The notes beneath the pieces were generated by a model, which ran no database searches, was not told the DNA's origin, and was given only the letters and a program-made list of their open reading frames with translations. From contig NC_068998.1 in the NCBI RefSeq assembly GCF_001194135.2, forward strand, positions 27,495,610 to 27,559,609: a stretch of DNA of 64,000 nucleotides, written 5' to 3'. Shown here in pieces: positions 51,816-63,450 of the stretch. Both the position numbers and the translations under genes were made by a program. The DNA is from Octopus bimaculoides. Taxonomy: Eukaryota. Positions within the stretch are counted from its first letter, which is position 1; every line of letters starts with the position of its first letter.

Positions 51816-54800
51816 GAATTTCAGGCTAGAATAATAACTATCTTTTCTGAAATAATATGTCTTAAGGAAATATTCAGCAATTACCAAATGTTACAAATTA
51901 TTTTTCACACTAAATCATTTTAAGTGAATAGAGTGAGTTAAATGTTGTATAGTTAAAAAGAAATTAATTTTGGTCTAATATAAATAGCTTAACTTTACAA
52001 ACAGATTTTTCTTAAGGCAATAACAAAACCAAAATAAGAAAATAATATATAAATTAGGTTTGTATTTACTATTAAATAAATACTGATATTTATGAAATCA
52101 ATGTTTATTGAATATAAAAGATTTTTACATGAAATGGGAGCAAAAATAAAGTCTGTAATAGTAGCCAACATAAATAGGTAAAGTTTAGGGGAAAGTATTA
52201 TGTTATTTTAATGAAAGTTGTATATTTAACCAGTTAAGCATGCCTGGAGGTGTGAATGTATCTTAGGTGAAGAGGTAAAAAGGGGAAAAATTAAGTAATA
52301 TTAAACTCCAGACTGTATAAATAGAAATACACATAAGAACTTGTGTAAAATATTCAGAGTGATTACCATCTCATCTGTAGTTCTATTAGATATATCAATA
52401 GAGTTTGAAAGGTAAAGGATAAAAACTAAATTTACAACTTGATTGAAAGGACCTTGAAGGTAGAAGCTATAAGATTAGAAAGAGAAAGACTTTTAGGAAA
52501 TATAATAATGAGTAGTATAATCACTGAAAAGCAAAGTTTATAGAATGTGGTAAAAGTAAATAATATAGATTTTATGTTATTGTTCATTTAGTAAGGTGCA
52601 ATGTAACTAAACAGCAGTAAAAGTTAGTTTTAAATAACATTTCAGTTTTATATGAAAATGTCTTAATACTCTTTTAAATAACAACTTTAGAAAATGATAA
52701 TTTAAACCTAACAGAAATAATGTGTGAAAAAACAAAAGCCCGTTAGGAGTTGCAAGAAAAAAAAAACTTAAAAAGATAGTAACAGAGTATAAAGCATAGC
52801 TAGCTGCAAAGGGTTTAAGTTTCAAATGGTATAGACAATTAAAAGTGGAGGGGAAATATGTTAACCATGAACATGTTACAAAATTGACATGAATAATGAA
52901 GGATATATTTATATAAAATGTTTAAATTTGATGAACACTGATGTTTATGAAAAATTCTACTTATGAATGTATAGGATAAGCAAAATAAAATGCCATGCAA
53001 AGAATATTAACAGTGAAATGAAATGAAACTGAATTCTCTCTGGTCAAAGAAAGAAAAGGATACAGAAACACAATCATTCTAATACATAGTCATGCAAAAG
53101 AAAGAAATTTGGGTATAAAACAGCAGCAAATGTAAAAGAAAAGTTTGAAATTTCAGTACTAATAAAATAATAATTCAAGAAGAAAATATTTAACTCTTTT
53201 TGAAACACAATGTCTGTAAAACACTTTAGTATGACTCAGCAGATATAAGATTGGAATCACTTCTAGAGAAACTACCTTAAACATACAACTATCAATATTT
53301 GATGAATGACAAAACAGGCAGCGACTAAATCTGAACAAAGGTCAATTTGCAAAGTGTAATTGTATCTCATTAGTTACAAATCTATCATACGTTGAAGTAA
53401 ATTTATGAAATGATGGTAAAACTTTACTTAACTTTTTCCATATTAACAGTATTCTCTAGGCTGATTATTTCTTCAAGATTCTAAACAACCCCCAATCAAT
53501 ACTCTAGATGTTTCCAATTATAATAAAATGCCACTCTAATATTTTACAGTATTTAGTAAATATTCAACTGGTACTAAATCAAGACATCTATAAATAAATA
53601 CAGGACATATTATTTTAGTTATAGAACTGGAAATATCTTTCATCAGTATTTGAACATTTGTAAAAATGTCAAATGAAACTATTTTGAACTTATGCCATTT
53701 TCATGATGATGATGATGATGATGACGACTGTAGCAAGTAGGAGTATCTTAACAACCAAAGAAGTATTAGAATATATATGTGTGTATATATGACTAAAAGA
53801 AGAAAGTACTTAATCTAATGTGTTCATTGCTTTTATAATTAAGGTTGCAATTTCCTCTGGTCCTATATAGGTGATGCATGTGATCAAATAGATGACTCAT
53901 TAATATTAGATAACTAATAGTTCTAAAGAAACTGAAAGTCATATTCAGTTTAATTGGTCAGAGGCTCTCAGTTTGATTTGGAATTTTAGTAAAGCATTCC
54001 TTCACCAAAAAAATTTAAAAAGCTAAATATGCTTACATTTGTGGAATTTACTAATTTATAAACTTTGTTGTGTTAAATCATATTTGTTTATTTAGGCAAA
54101 AAGAAAACGAACCATATCATTGAAATAATGCACAAAAAATCTCCACTCAAAAGAAACTCTCAACAAAGAATAATGCACGATTTAAATGATGAAATAATTA
54201 TTTTCAATATCAGTGAAGCCGCAATTAGAGTTTTATAGGAATTAAAAGTGTCAATTTGCATTTAATACAAGTATATTCAATCCAATTTGGAGAGGATTCA
54301 GTATGGTTACTAATTTCATTTTCATAAGTCAATACAGGAAATACTTGAAGTTAGGTTGAGATGAATAAAACCTTACAACTAGAAACTAATTCAAAAACAG
54401 AGTTTCAGTGACAATTATACGAAATAATTCTGATTACTCTTTTGTTTCAGTCATTTGACTGTGGCCATGCTGAAGCACCACCTTTTAGTCAAATAAATTG
54501 ACCTCAGCACTTATTCTTTGTAAGCCCAGTACTTATTCTATTGGTCTCTTTTGCTGAACTGCTAAGTTACAGGGATGTAAACACACCAACATCGTTTGTC
54601 AGGTGATGGTGGGGGACAAACACAGACACACACACATACATATAACAGGCTTCTTTCAGTTTCCATCTACCAAATCCACCCACAAGGGTTTGATCAGCCT
54701 GAGGCTAGAGTAGAATACATTTTACCCAAGGTGCCACACAGTGGGACTGAACCCAGAGCCATGTAGTTGGTAAGCAAGCTTCTTACCACACAGTCACTTC

Positions 54801-56833
54801 TGCACCTGATTGTCTAATTTTCTTTTAATTTAGCTACTTGTCTAAGAGAATAATAAGTTCTAATTTAAACACAAAACCTTAATTTTGAAGGAACTGAATC
54901 AATCCAAGTTCTTCATATATACTTCAGTAACCCAAAGGATGGCAGGCAAAGCTGACTTTGGTAGAATTTGCACTCAGAACACAAAGAGCTAGAACAAATA
55001 CTAGAAGACATTTAGTCCAATACTCTTACAACTATACCATTGTCTATGTTTTGGTAAAAGATCTTTAAATATTTCATCTCATTACATATCAAAGTTAAAT
55101 GGTTCTTATAAAAGATTCTTTCACATAATAGTCACCAAAAATTCATTTAGAGAAATATCAAATCTATTGACACTCACACACTATATTAGGAATATAACTA
55201 GTATGAACATGATCTGAATAAGAAAAATACAAGTTAAAGCAAATACCTTAGTAGTACCATTTATAAAAAAGATTTAGCTATTTCACTACAGTAATTGTAT
55301 TTCTGAATTCATTCTATTAGACAACTAATTATAAATGAATAGCAGGTAATGAAAGTAATATGATTGAGAATAATTTACCTAGTTATTTCTAATATTGCTA
55401 CCATTTAATAAATATTTAAGGAAAACTTTAAAAAGTTTACATGTGGTTATGCCTGATTTTTGGTACTACTAAGTTGAAGTGATAAATCTATCTAACAGAA
55501 GCAATAGCAACATCAAACAGAATTGACAGCTAATAAGGGTGTATATCTCCATTAATTAAAAAAGAGTGTAATCTAAGAGAGAAAAGTTAGTGACACAAAT
55601 TAAAGGAAAAATACTTGTGGTATCACAAGTACACACATGAATACACACAAACACACAGAACTGATATATATATATGTTGAATATAAGTGGGAGAAAAATG
55701 ACACCTAGCAAGGCCAAGAGAAGCTGCAAGTGCCGAACATACCTGTAGCCCGGCATATTGGGATTCATTAGACGGGGACAACTGGAAGTGGAAATAAACT
55801 AAAGCATAAAACATAACCTAAAAAGTCAAATAAATTCTACACTCTCCTCTCTTCTTTTGGCAGTCATGGATTTTCAAACATTAACAAAAATATATGAATA
55901 GTGACAATTAAATTGGATAACTGTGTCAAAAATTACAGATTTCTAAATGTCTATGAGACACACAGACAACAATATTACATTATAGGAAATATATAAAGTA
56001 AGATGCAGTTGAAATAGAAATGAAAGATAAAAAGGAAGGTAAGATTATACATACATGTATAGTGCCCCACTCATCTGGTTGAGAGGAAGTCTGGAAATGA
56101 ACTATCACATTAGGATTGTGCATGACAATGGTTTCTCCGCCAGGAAATTCAAGTTTTTTATGCCATAAATTGTTCAAAATAGCATTTTTATATTCTTCCT
56201 GAAAATACAAAGAAAAAATATCTTCTTGATCTGTTAATTGAAACACCCAATATCACTAAGTATCAGTGCACAACAGAAATTTGGAGCCCAAAAGTGTATC
56301 TAGCAATGGAGGATTCATACTTTAAATTCTTGTTCCATTGTTCAAGTCTCTGATCCATTCAGCCATCTTTGCACCAAAGACAAAAAAAAACAATGAATTA
56401 GATTTAGATAACAAACAAAACATTTCCATATTTTTGAATGTTCATTCCCATTTCTTGTTTGTTATATTCTTTTGTAAGTTATTTTAAAATATTAAATAAG
56501 TGAATCTTAAAAGAGTTGGGATAATGTATATATCCCAAAGGAAGGGAACAACACCGTCATCACAACCATCATCATTGTTTTTATGTCCACTTTCCTGTGC
56601 TTGCAGGATTCAGATGAAATTCATCAAGGCAGATTTTGTGGCCAGATGTCCTTCCTGTTGCAATCTTCATCTCTTTCCAAGTAAGGCAATATTTCCTAGT
56701 CCTTTGAATACAAACACAATGGCTGGGCATGCTTTCACAGAAGATAGCAATACTGGTTGTATGACCAATAACATTAAGTTGCAACTAGCAGATAATGTCA
56801 AGACATGGAGACATGAAAACATACACATAGATA

Positions 56834-56908
<75 letters not shown>

Positions 56909-59900
56909 CATGGTTTTCTGTGAATCAATTTTGATAAAACTTTTCCCAGCTGATTTGAACACTATGGCAACACCATTGTTATGCCTTCATTATTCTGTGT
57001 AACATCCTTTCATTTTTATTTCAGATTCTTCAGTTTTGGGGTGATCCACACTAATAGCTTTTGAATGAAAATAACCTATCCAGACATTTTTTGAAGGGTA
57101 ATAATACATATTAAGCATACATTGAGTTTATATTTAACAGAAAACCATAATAACATAACATTTATTGACATAATGAATTATTTAGCCACATGTGTACCTT
57201 TTCTACATGTGTACCCTTTTAGTCATGGAATCTGTCAATTTCTTAATAACAGCAGGATGGACTGCCTCTGCTGCAGCTTTGATGGTTGCCCATAAATATT
57301 TTTTAGAGGGTTGAGATCCAGAGATGCTGGCAGCCACACCATCAACCTTTTGCATTGTATGCCATAAGACCTTAGTAATGTTTGGGTGGTCCTAGCAGAG
57401 CGGAAGGAAGTGTTGTCATGCATGAATATGAGGTTCCTTAGAAGTGACAGCAGTATGTCATCTAGCCAAGACCTCCTTCAGGAGATTGAGGTAGGCGGTT
57501 GCAGTCACTTTAACCCCTCCAGGCACCCTAACTGGGCCAACTAGTTTGTCCCCAATGATAAGCCTACAACATGACTCCTCCACCCTGTTGTTGACGTAAA
57601 CGTTGGTGATGCTCATCTCCAAAATAGACCCAACCATTTGCCCAACCATCAGGTCCGTCAAGGGTCACCCTGGTTTCATCAGTGAAAAGAACACACCTCA
57701 TGTCTAACATCATGTACTTTTGGGCCCATTGAAGCCTTAAACTCCAATGATGGGGCGTTAAAGGAGGCAGTTTCAGGGTTTCTTACACAGAAGCCATGAT
57801 CCTGAGGATGGAATTTCTGGTGGTTTTCGGTACATGAGGAAGTCTGGAGGCAGCGAAAATGGCTTTGCTTGTTTGTTCAGATTTCCCACATAACTTGTGG
57901 TCAATATTCCTTAGATCCATAGCTGTCACAGTCTTGGAAGTCCCAAAATTGAATTGTTTCTTCCTTAGCGAAGGGTCCTTCAGGAATCATCTAACCGTAT
58001 CCACATAACGACCTAACTTCTCTGCAATGACATGAAGAGAGGTGCTTTTAGCACTTTCCTCGATGATGACAGACTTTTCTTCATCATTAAGGCCTTTTCC
58101 ACGTCTCATTGTTCTTAGAGAAGCGAAACCCTATTAGCGTGGTTCACCCAAAAACTGAAGAATCAGAAATAAAAAAGGACGTTACACAGAATAATGAAAA
58201 CATAACAATGGTGTTGCCATAGTGTACAAACCAGCTGGGAAAAGTTTTATCAAAAATGATTCACAGAAAACCGAGAAATCCTAAGTTATTAGCATGGTCT
58301 GGGTGTATACACACACAAATGGGCTTTTTTTAGTTTCTGTTTCAAAAACCCACTCAAAAGGTTTTGGTCAACTTGGGACTATAGCTGAAGATTCTTTTAC
58401 AACAACATAAAATTCAGAAACGCAATTTGTAAAATAAAAATTCACCTCAAGTTTTTGAGCGAATGCTTCAGTATAAGGCACATATTTGTTGTCTCCTTCT
58501 CGCTTGTAAAACCAAGTACTTCGACGGACATGGGTATGATCTTCGTTCCAATAGACAGCTTTACGAATCCTCTGATTCACTTGAATATCATAACGGCCAC
58601 CATCAGTGGCAACCACCTCACCGTCAGCACAACCTGTGGTTCAGAAATTATAAATATAATAATTACCATTTGTTGGATATACTGGGAGACAAAGATGCAG
58701 GTTGAGCTGAGAACACTTCTGAACATGTTAAAATCAAAACTCTAAAACAGTGGTTCTAAACTGGGGTCTGTATAAGATTTTGTTGTTAAAATCTATGTGC
58801 AATAAAATTGCCTTTATTTCTACAATACACAAAACATAAAAATTTTTTTTTATATAATTCCTAATAATATTTAATTATAAAAATACAGTAGGATTTTTCC
58901 ATGTCCATTGAATGGTTATGGAGGCCCAGAAGAGTAAAATAGGAATTAAAAGGGTCCACAGGCAAAAAAATGGTTGAGAACCACTACTCTAAAACAACAT
59001 GTAGCTAGATAATAGACATCTGAAAGTAATAGAAATTATAAAAATCCTCCAAAGAAGCATTAATATATTTACCATTCTGGAATACAGTCTCCAGCCTAAT
59101 TGAATCGACAATTGAAAATGGAAACCAAACTTCACGGTTTTCAATTCTTTTGCAATAACACCAATGGGCTTGAACTGGCTGGTAAAATGAACTGTTGCAA
59201 TCCACTGGTGGCTGATAATTAACAGATGTCATTTGTTGGCTCTGATGAAACATAGTGGGATCAGAGGAAGTAGATGTGTACATGGGCATTTCTCCGACTT
59301 TGGGAGGAGGACCTACTTGTGACTGTACCCTATAACTCTTTGGATGTGCAGGAGAGTAAGTTTCAACTGGTGGTGGAGCATATCGTAAAGGGCCTTTTTG
59401 TCTGTATCTGTTAGGAGTTGAAGCTGAAAATAAAATTAAAACAAAAAGAAAAAAAACTAGTCACTGAAATACTAAACAAAGTCTACAAACCTTCCTTTCT
59501 GGTGTCGGACCTAGAAATATTCTAGATTAAATAATAGTTTACTGATATTAGTGTCAAATTTTGGCACAAGGTCAGCAATTTTATGGGAGGGGGGAAATCA
59601 ATTTCATTGACCCCCAGAGCTCAACTTGTACTTATTTTATTGACCCCAAAAGAATGAAAGGCAAAGTTGACCTTGGTGGAACTTGAATTTAGAACATAAG
59701 GATGAACAAAATGTTGTTAAGCATATTGCCCAGCGTGCTAACGACTCTGCCAGCTCACCACCTTAATAGTTTACTGATATTAGAATCCATATGTTTTATC
59801 TAGATTCTGTCATGGCCACAAGCAAAACAAATTAAATAATAATGAAGGGTTGTTTGCCTTTCTTAAATTACATTACCTGAGTGGTGGTAGAGTTAACTAT

Positions 59901-61828
59901 TCATGAGAGAGATTGAAAGATTCATAATGTTGCACTGTTATGTCAGCTGTTTCATTTAAATATGAAATCCTATCTTATTATAAACTTGCTCCTGATCTAT
60001 TTTTATGAACATGACACAAATTTCAACAAATGATATCAGGCAATCTTTTTTTTTTTTATTTTTTATTACAGACAGATACAAAAACAATTATTATGAAATA
60101 ATTCTGAGATGTTATCCACGTAAAACAAAAATTAAGTTATGTTAACTTACTATAAGGATCATAAAAAAAAAAACAATAATTATGCAGAGAAGAAAAAGCA
60201 ATATTAGTTAATGATTAATTTTTCTCACTGTCTCTGAGTTTTCTAAATAATTCTATTTTCTGCACTACTCAGAGTACTTTCTTGAAAATTTACTGAGAAA
60301 TTATTTCATTATTAGTTCAACAGGTTTGTTTGATGAGGTCATAGTTTCTGTGGAACATGATCAAAATAGTCTCTCATACATGCTGACATAATCAAAATTA
60401 GCCATTGATATCATTTTCCCTTTAAATAATCATTTCCAGTTAACTTTTTAATGAGGAGCAGCATTAAGTACGAAAACATTAACTTATTATGAAATAACAC
60501 TGTTATATATTTCTTAACTACAAGAATTATATGTAGTGTTTAATGCTTGCTCTAGTACTTTAAAAAAACCGTTTCATATTAGATCATATTTTGAACACAC
60601 CTATAAAGAGTAAAGACCAATAACTTAAATTTCATATTCTTTAACAGGACTGAAGCCATGGTAGGGCTGTGCTTTCAAGGTTTTTCAGTCTACTATATGG
60701 ATGCCAGTCCTTCTAGAACTTCTTTTATCTATTTCTATTTAGTGGATAGCTAAGTGCAGCTGAAATGTATCTCATTTTTTTGAGAGCTATCCACCTTATA
60801 AAGACTTAAATACTACAGTATACATAATATCATTGTTGCTTTTAACTCCACTCTTTCCAAGCTGGCATGGGTTGGACTAGACTTTTTCTGAAGGCAACCC
60901 TTACTGGTTTTCCAAGGAAGGTACTTTTTTCTATATGTCTTCACAAATCAAACAATTGTCAAATGTTTTGCTTATAATAGATCACAGCTGAAGTGGTGTC
61001 AATCTATCAACATAAAGACAGACAACACTCAACAGCTTCTACCAACTAAATTTTATTCAAAAAGCATTAGTCAGCCTGAAACTATAATAAACAAAAAAGC
61101 ACTTGCCCTAGGAGGTGACACACAGAAAGATGGACCCCAAAACTAAGTGATTTCAAAGGCAACTTTTTAACCATTACATATATATGAGACAGGCTTCAGC
61201 ATAGTTTCCATATACTAAATTTCACTTATAAGGCATTGTCAGCCTGAGGTTTAGGCAAAAGACATTTATCAAAAGTATTGCATTGGAATCAAACCCAGGA
61301 TCAATACAGCCATGCCTATGCTCATATATAAAATATATATTCAAATGCTAAATGAAATTTTCATTTCTTTTTAAATGCAAGTGGTGCTAAAAAAAACACT
61401 CAAAATCAAAAACAACAAGTAAATGAATTACCATGCAAGTCATTGAACAAATGATTGTGTTATATGTTGGATTATAGGTAAATAAAAAATCTTACTAGTT
61501 TCTGGTGAACTAACTGTAAAAGGTGACATAGTTGGTGGTTTGCTCCTGTCTGATACAGAACTTGTTGTAATAGGATCGGGAGGCTTTTGAGGAACAGATG
61601 GCATATTTGGAAAAGAAGCTGATGTAAACATTACAGGAGCATCCGTCTTTGGAATGGTCTTCTGTTGTGACGTAGAAGGAAGATTGTGACCAACTTGTGA
61701 AAAAGGGTCTACACTTGCAGAATTAGATTGTTGAAACATATTAAAAGGGGTTGCTTGCTGACTGGCTGAAGAAGTGGAATTTTCTGGTACATTCTGTCCA
61801 ACAAAGCTATCAGCCTCTGCCTCCTCAT
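18479..61828 (-). CDS. SEC23IP: SEC23-interacting protein / DDHD2-family phospholipase A1 (p125-like), 19 coding exons; first exon outside the window
   Basis: Exons: 61496-61828, 59073-59423, 58446-58633, 56055-56198, 43563-43626, 40301-40390, 39684-39825, 37583-37685, 36791-36896, 35022-35140, 32720-32845, 29574-29663, 27210-27307, 25829-26048, 24976-24987, 24130-24223, 21157-21357, 20275-20413, 18479-19274. Total 3416 nt = 2 + 1138 codons, no internal stop. Motifs: [80 protein letters not shown]. Could equally be named the SEC23IP/DDHD2 pro-orthologue. Confidence 0.92.
18490..19015 (-). repeat. Coding minisatellite, 15/30-nt units encoding GPP(P/S)(M/T)
   Basis: Repeated + strand units such as gttgaaggaggtcccatagggggagggcca. 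Confidence 0.9.
20275..20413 (-). CDS. SEC23IP: SEC23IP exon ([33 protein letters not shown])
   Basis: 139 nt, phase 1/2. Confidence 0.96.
21157..21357 (-). CDS. SEC23IP: SEC23IP exon ([15 protein letters not shown]...NEFARAHTS...CETA)
   Basis: 201 nt, phase 1/1. Confidence 0.95.
22770..22908. other. Assembly gap (N); other gaps at 30873-31378, 40560-41527, 49872-49952, 51109-51118
   Basis: N runs, several flanked by microsatellites; all intronic; exon phases imply no SEC23IP coding exon is hidden in them. Confidence 0.98.
23245..23455. mobile_element. piggyBac-type MITE; opposite-orientation copy at 3251-3467
   Basis: ttaa|ccctttagcatt ... aatgctaaaggg|ttta; the two copies share internal sequence. 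Confidence 0.75.
24130..24223 (-). CDS. SEC23IP: SEC23IP exon (AYRIEPLV...[15 protein letters not shown])
   Basis: 94 nt, phase 0/1. Confidence 0.95.
24976..24987 (-). CDS. SEC23IP: SEC23IP 12-nt microexon (FDSV)
   Basis: tcttcttttggctgtatctccag|TTTGATTCTGTG|gtaagt; supplies exactly the 4 residues missing between FHP and AYRIEP. Confidence 0.85.
25829..26048 (-). CDS. SEC23IP: SEC23IP exon (start of DDHD: [16 protein letters not shown]...FNIFHP)
   Basis: 220 nt, phase 2/0. Confidence 0.95.
26179..26778. repeat. Intronic inverted repeat, ~190-bp arms (26179-26365 / 26580-26778)
   Basis: aatgcagaaagttttacaaaaacc...ccttattcaaa...caactgttgg recurs in reverse complement. Confidence 0.85.
27210..27307 (-). 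CDS. SEC23IP: SEC23IP exon (charged helix [24 protein letters not shown])
   Basis: 98 nt, phase 0/2, gtgagt donor. Confidence 0.85.
29574..29663 (-). CDS. SEC23IP: SEC23IP exon (SAM C-half: [30 protein letters not shown])
   Basis: 90 nt, phase 0/0. Confidence 0.93.
30255..31638 (+). mobile_element. Non-autonomous Helitron (spans an N-gap)
   Basis: A|TCTATATATATAAAA 5' end; 3' hairpin CCCGG-gcaaag-CCGGG (31611-31626) then CTAG|T; AT target; internal (GA)n and (TA)n. Confidence 0.85.
32720..32845 (-). CDS. SEC23IP: SEC23IP exon (SAM N-half: [27 protein letters not shown])
   Basis: 126 nt, phase 0/0. Confidence 0.92.
33878..34224. mobile_element. hAT MITE, same family as 58748-58986
   Basis: TIR cagtaattctcaa / ttgagaactacag; TSD ctataaat/ctctaaat (7/8). 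Confidence 0.8.
35022..35140 (-). CDS. SEC23IP: SEC23IP exon ([11 protein letters not shown]...PEVDK)
   Basis: 119 nt, phase 1/0. Confidence 0.9.
35440..35977. mobile_element. ~540-bp interspersed repeat family D; second copy at 46322-46876
   Basis: Two colinear high-identity copies (gtgacactggggtacaaat...gagagccactgcctggtactgcatc). Confidence 0.85.
36791..36896 (-). CDS. SEC23IP: SEC23IP exon with lipase elbow ([14 protein letters not shown]...VSVSGHSL-G)
   Basis: 106 nt, phase 0/1; GxSxG completed by the next exon. Confidence 0.95.
37015..37416. mobile_element. piggyBac-type MITE with an internal insertion
   Basis: TTAA|cccttttgttacca ... tggtatcaaaaggg|TTAA. Confidence 0.8.
37583..37685 (-). 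CDS. SEC23IP: SEC23IP exon ([34 protein letters not shown])
   Basis: 103 nt, phase 2/0. Confidence 0.95.
37807..37892. repeat. Compound microsatellite (CG)10-(CA/CG)n-(CT)n
   Basis: Directly visible. Confidence 0.95.
39684..39825 (-). CDS. SEC23IP: SEC23IP exon ([11 protein letters not shown]...[14 protein letters not shown])
   Basis: 142 nt, phase 1/2. Confidence 0.95.
40301..40390 (-). CDS. SEC23IP: SEC23IP exon ([29 protein letters not shown])
   Basis: 90 nt, phase 1/1, gtaagt donor. Confidence 0.95.
41925..42150 (+). mobile_element. SINE family B. Other copies: 478-690(+), 9563-9692(+), 21712-21880(+), 36008-36205(+), 36255-36465(+), 54880-55012(-), 59548-59765(-)
   Basis: Shared core gaattgttagcacgcc...ttctgagttcaaattcc...caactttgcctttcatcc...gataaaataagtacc...actggggtcgatgtaatc. 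Confidence 0.85.
43563..43626 (-). CDS. SEC23IP: SEC23IP exon ([21 protein letters not shown])
   Basis: 64 nt, ctttag acceptor, gtgaac donor; absent from the ORF track. Confidence 0.92.
51481..51601. repeat. 50-bp-stem hairpin with 21-nt loop
   Basis: Arms 51481-51530 / 51552-51601; 42/50 complementary by hand alignment. Confidence 0.9.
56055..56198 (-). CDS. SEC23IP: SEC23IP exon (EEYKNAIL...[18 protein letters not shown]...DEWGTIH)
   Basis: 144 nt, phase 0/0. Confidence 0.95.
56895..58306 (-). mobile_element. Tc1-like DNA transposon (DD37E spacing), defective, long TIRs
   Basis: TIRs 56912-57057 / 58131-58272 (+ outer bases); ATG at 58109 ([12 protein letters not shown]); [24 protein letters not shown]; stops and frameshifts. 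Confidence 0.9.
58446..58633 (-). CDS. SEC23IP: SEC23IP exon (VATDGGRYD...VRRSTWFYK...QKLE, WWE-like)
   Basis: 188 nt, accacag acceptor, gtgaa donor. Confidence 0.95.
58748..58986. mobile_element. hAT (Charlie-type) MITE
   Basis: TIR cagtggttctaaa / ttgagaaccacta; perfect 8-bp TSD CTCTAAAA. Confidence 0.85.
59073..59423 (-). CDS. SEC23IP: SEC23IP exon (Pro-rich region to HWCYCK...[13 protein letters not shown])
   Basis: 351 nt, phase 1/1, open frame continuous with ORF 59005..59289. Confidence 0.9.
61496..61828 (-). CDS. SEC23IP: SEC23IP exon (N-terminal low-complexity; [12 protein letters not shown])
   Basis: 333 nt, phase 1/1, cag acceptor and gtaag donor; ADSFVGQ resembles human EDSFLGQ. 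Confidence 0.8.
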
Positions 61829-62194
61829 CTGCATTAAGAAAAATTTGAAACTTCATATAATAATGCAAAACAGGTTATTCATCACTGTGTCTTTTATTAA
61901 ACTACCATCCAAATGGTTTTCTTGTTGTATGCTTTGGTAAAGAATTGGGTTGTATTCAGAGTATTTTCATTCATGGAATAGATTTCTCTTTTACTATGTT
62001 GTTCCTAGCCTTACTAATTAGAGTATTGTGGTTATTCATATTATAGTAAATAGTCTTATTTTGATTATTCCTGTTTTCTCTGTTTGTTGCCTTAATGTTC
62101 CCACTTTTATCTTAAATTATACAGTTATGGTGTATGTTGCCAGTATTTATAGGTTTGTTTACATTAATGTGGTTAGGAAGGTAGTAATTATTAA

Positions 62195-63450
62195 GGTTTA
62201 TAAACGGAATTGGGTTGAAGTGTTTCCGGTGCATTGATAGAGAGGGAAGATTTGGAATTTCGGGTTTATGTCTACGGGGCATTGATCTAGGTGCTTACTT
62301 ACAAGAATTTTTCTAGTCATAGGGTCCCGGATTTGTTGCCTGTGCACCGTAAGTCTATCCTTCAAAGTTAAGCTAGTTTGACCTATGTAGTCACCAACAC
62401 ACCCTTCACATTTGACAACAGAGATTAAATTCTTCGAAGCACAGGTGAAGTGATTTTTTTATGGTAAAAATTCGACCTGACTTAAATTTGGATGTTGAAC
62501 CCTCTAAAAGGAAAATGCAAGTTCCGCAGTTAGGGCGGTTGCACTTTTTGACTAGTGGGGTTGTATTTTTGGTGGGTAATTTGGAGCTGGTGAGTAACTT
62601 TTTCAGGGATTGTGGTTGTCTCTTGCTTTTAATAATCTTATGTGTTTCCAGTGCCTTTTTCATTCACGGGTCCTTTATAAGGAGGGGTATGTTTTAGTGG
62701 ATGATGTTGTATGCTTCCATGTTCCTTGGATGGTGTGTTGATATGCAAGATAAAGTTTTAAGTGTGTCTTACAGTGCACAGGCAACAAATCCGGGACCCC
62801 ACGACTAGGAAAATTCCTGTAAGCAAGCACCTAGACCAATGCCCTGTAGACATAAACCCGAAATACTAAATCTCTCTATCAATGCACCAGAAACACTTCA
62901 ACCTAATTCTGTTTAAATAAGGAAAGCATACTCATTAAAAAATATAAATCACAGCTGAATATCCTTCAGAAAGAAGGAAAAACAGTAAAGAGAAAAAGGA
63001 AAAAAGACTCAATTTCTCCACAAAAAAATAACCAGGAACAACAAACAATTTTAAAAAATCTTTAGTAACAGTCTTCCGCCTGGGTTTTGAAACTGCAACT
63101 CCAACTCACCATACAGACACGAGTTGCTGACGTCACCTACCTCTAGACCAATGAAATTTTACAAAAACCAGTTACTGACGTCACCTAACTCTAGACCAAT
63201 CAAAACCGAACCTCAGCAAATACAAGGAAATGATCCTTTAAGAGAATCAACCAACCGGAACGACTGATGACCGTTCCCCATAGGGAAGCCAACCAGGCAG
63301 AATGACAAACTTGACCACCGGAAAAACAAGACATCAGCAGTATTTTAACAAATCAAAAATCAGATCCAATCGAGCAAAAAAATATAAATACACCTGATTC
63401 CAAAACATACCGCTACAAGCGAAAGCTTCTATGGAAAGAGGATCAAAGAA
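62195..63450. mobile_element. Penelope-like element: minus-strand GIY-YIG fragment (62195-62760) joined to an inverted plus-strand 3' copy (62768-~63450)
   Basis: CNRPNCGTC; TCASKNLISVVKCEGCVGDYIGQTSLTLKDRLTVHRQQI; inverted duplication 62205-62353 vs 62768-62910; ORF end KESILIKKYKSQLN. Confidence 0.85.
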
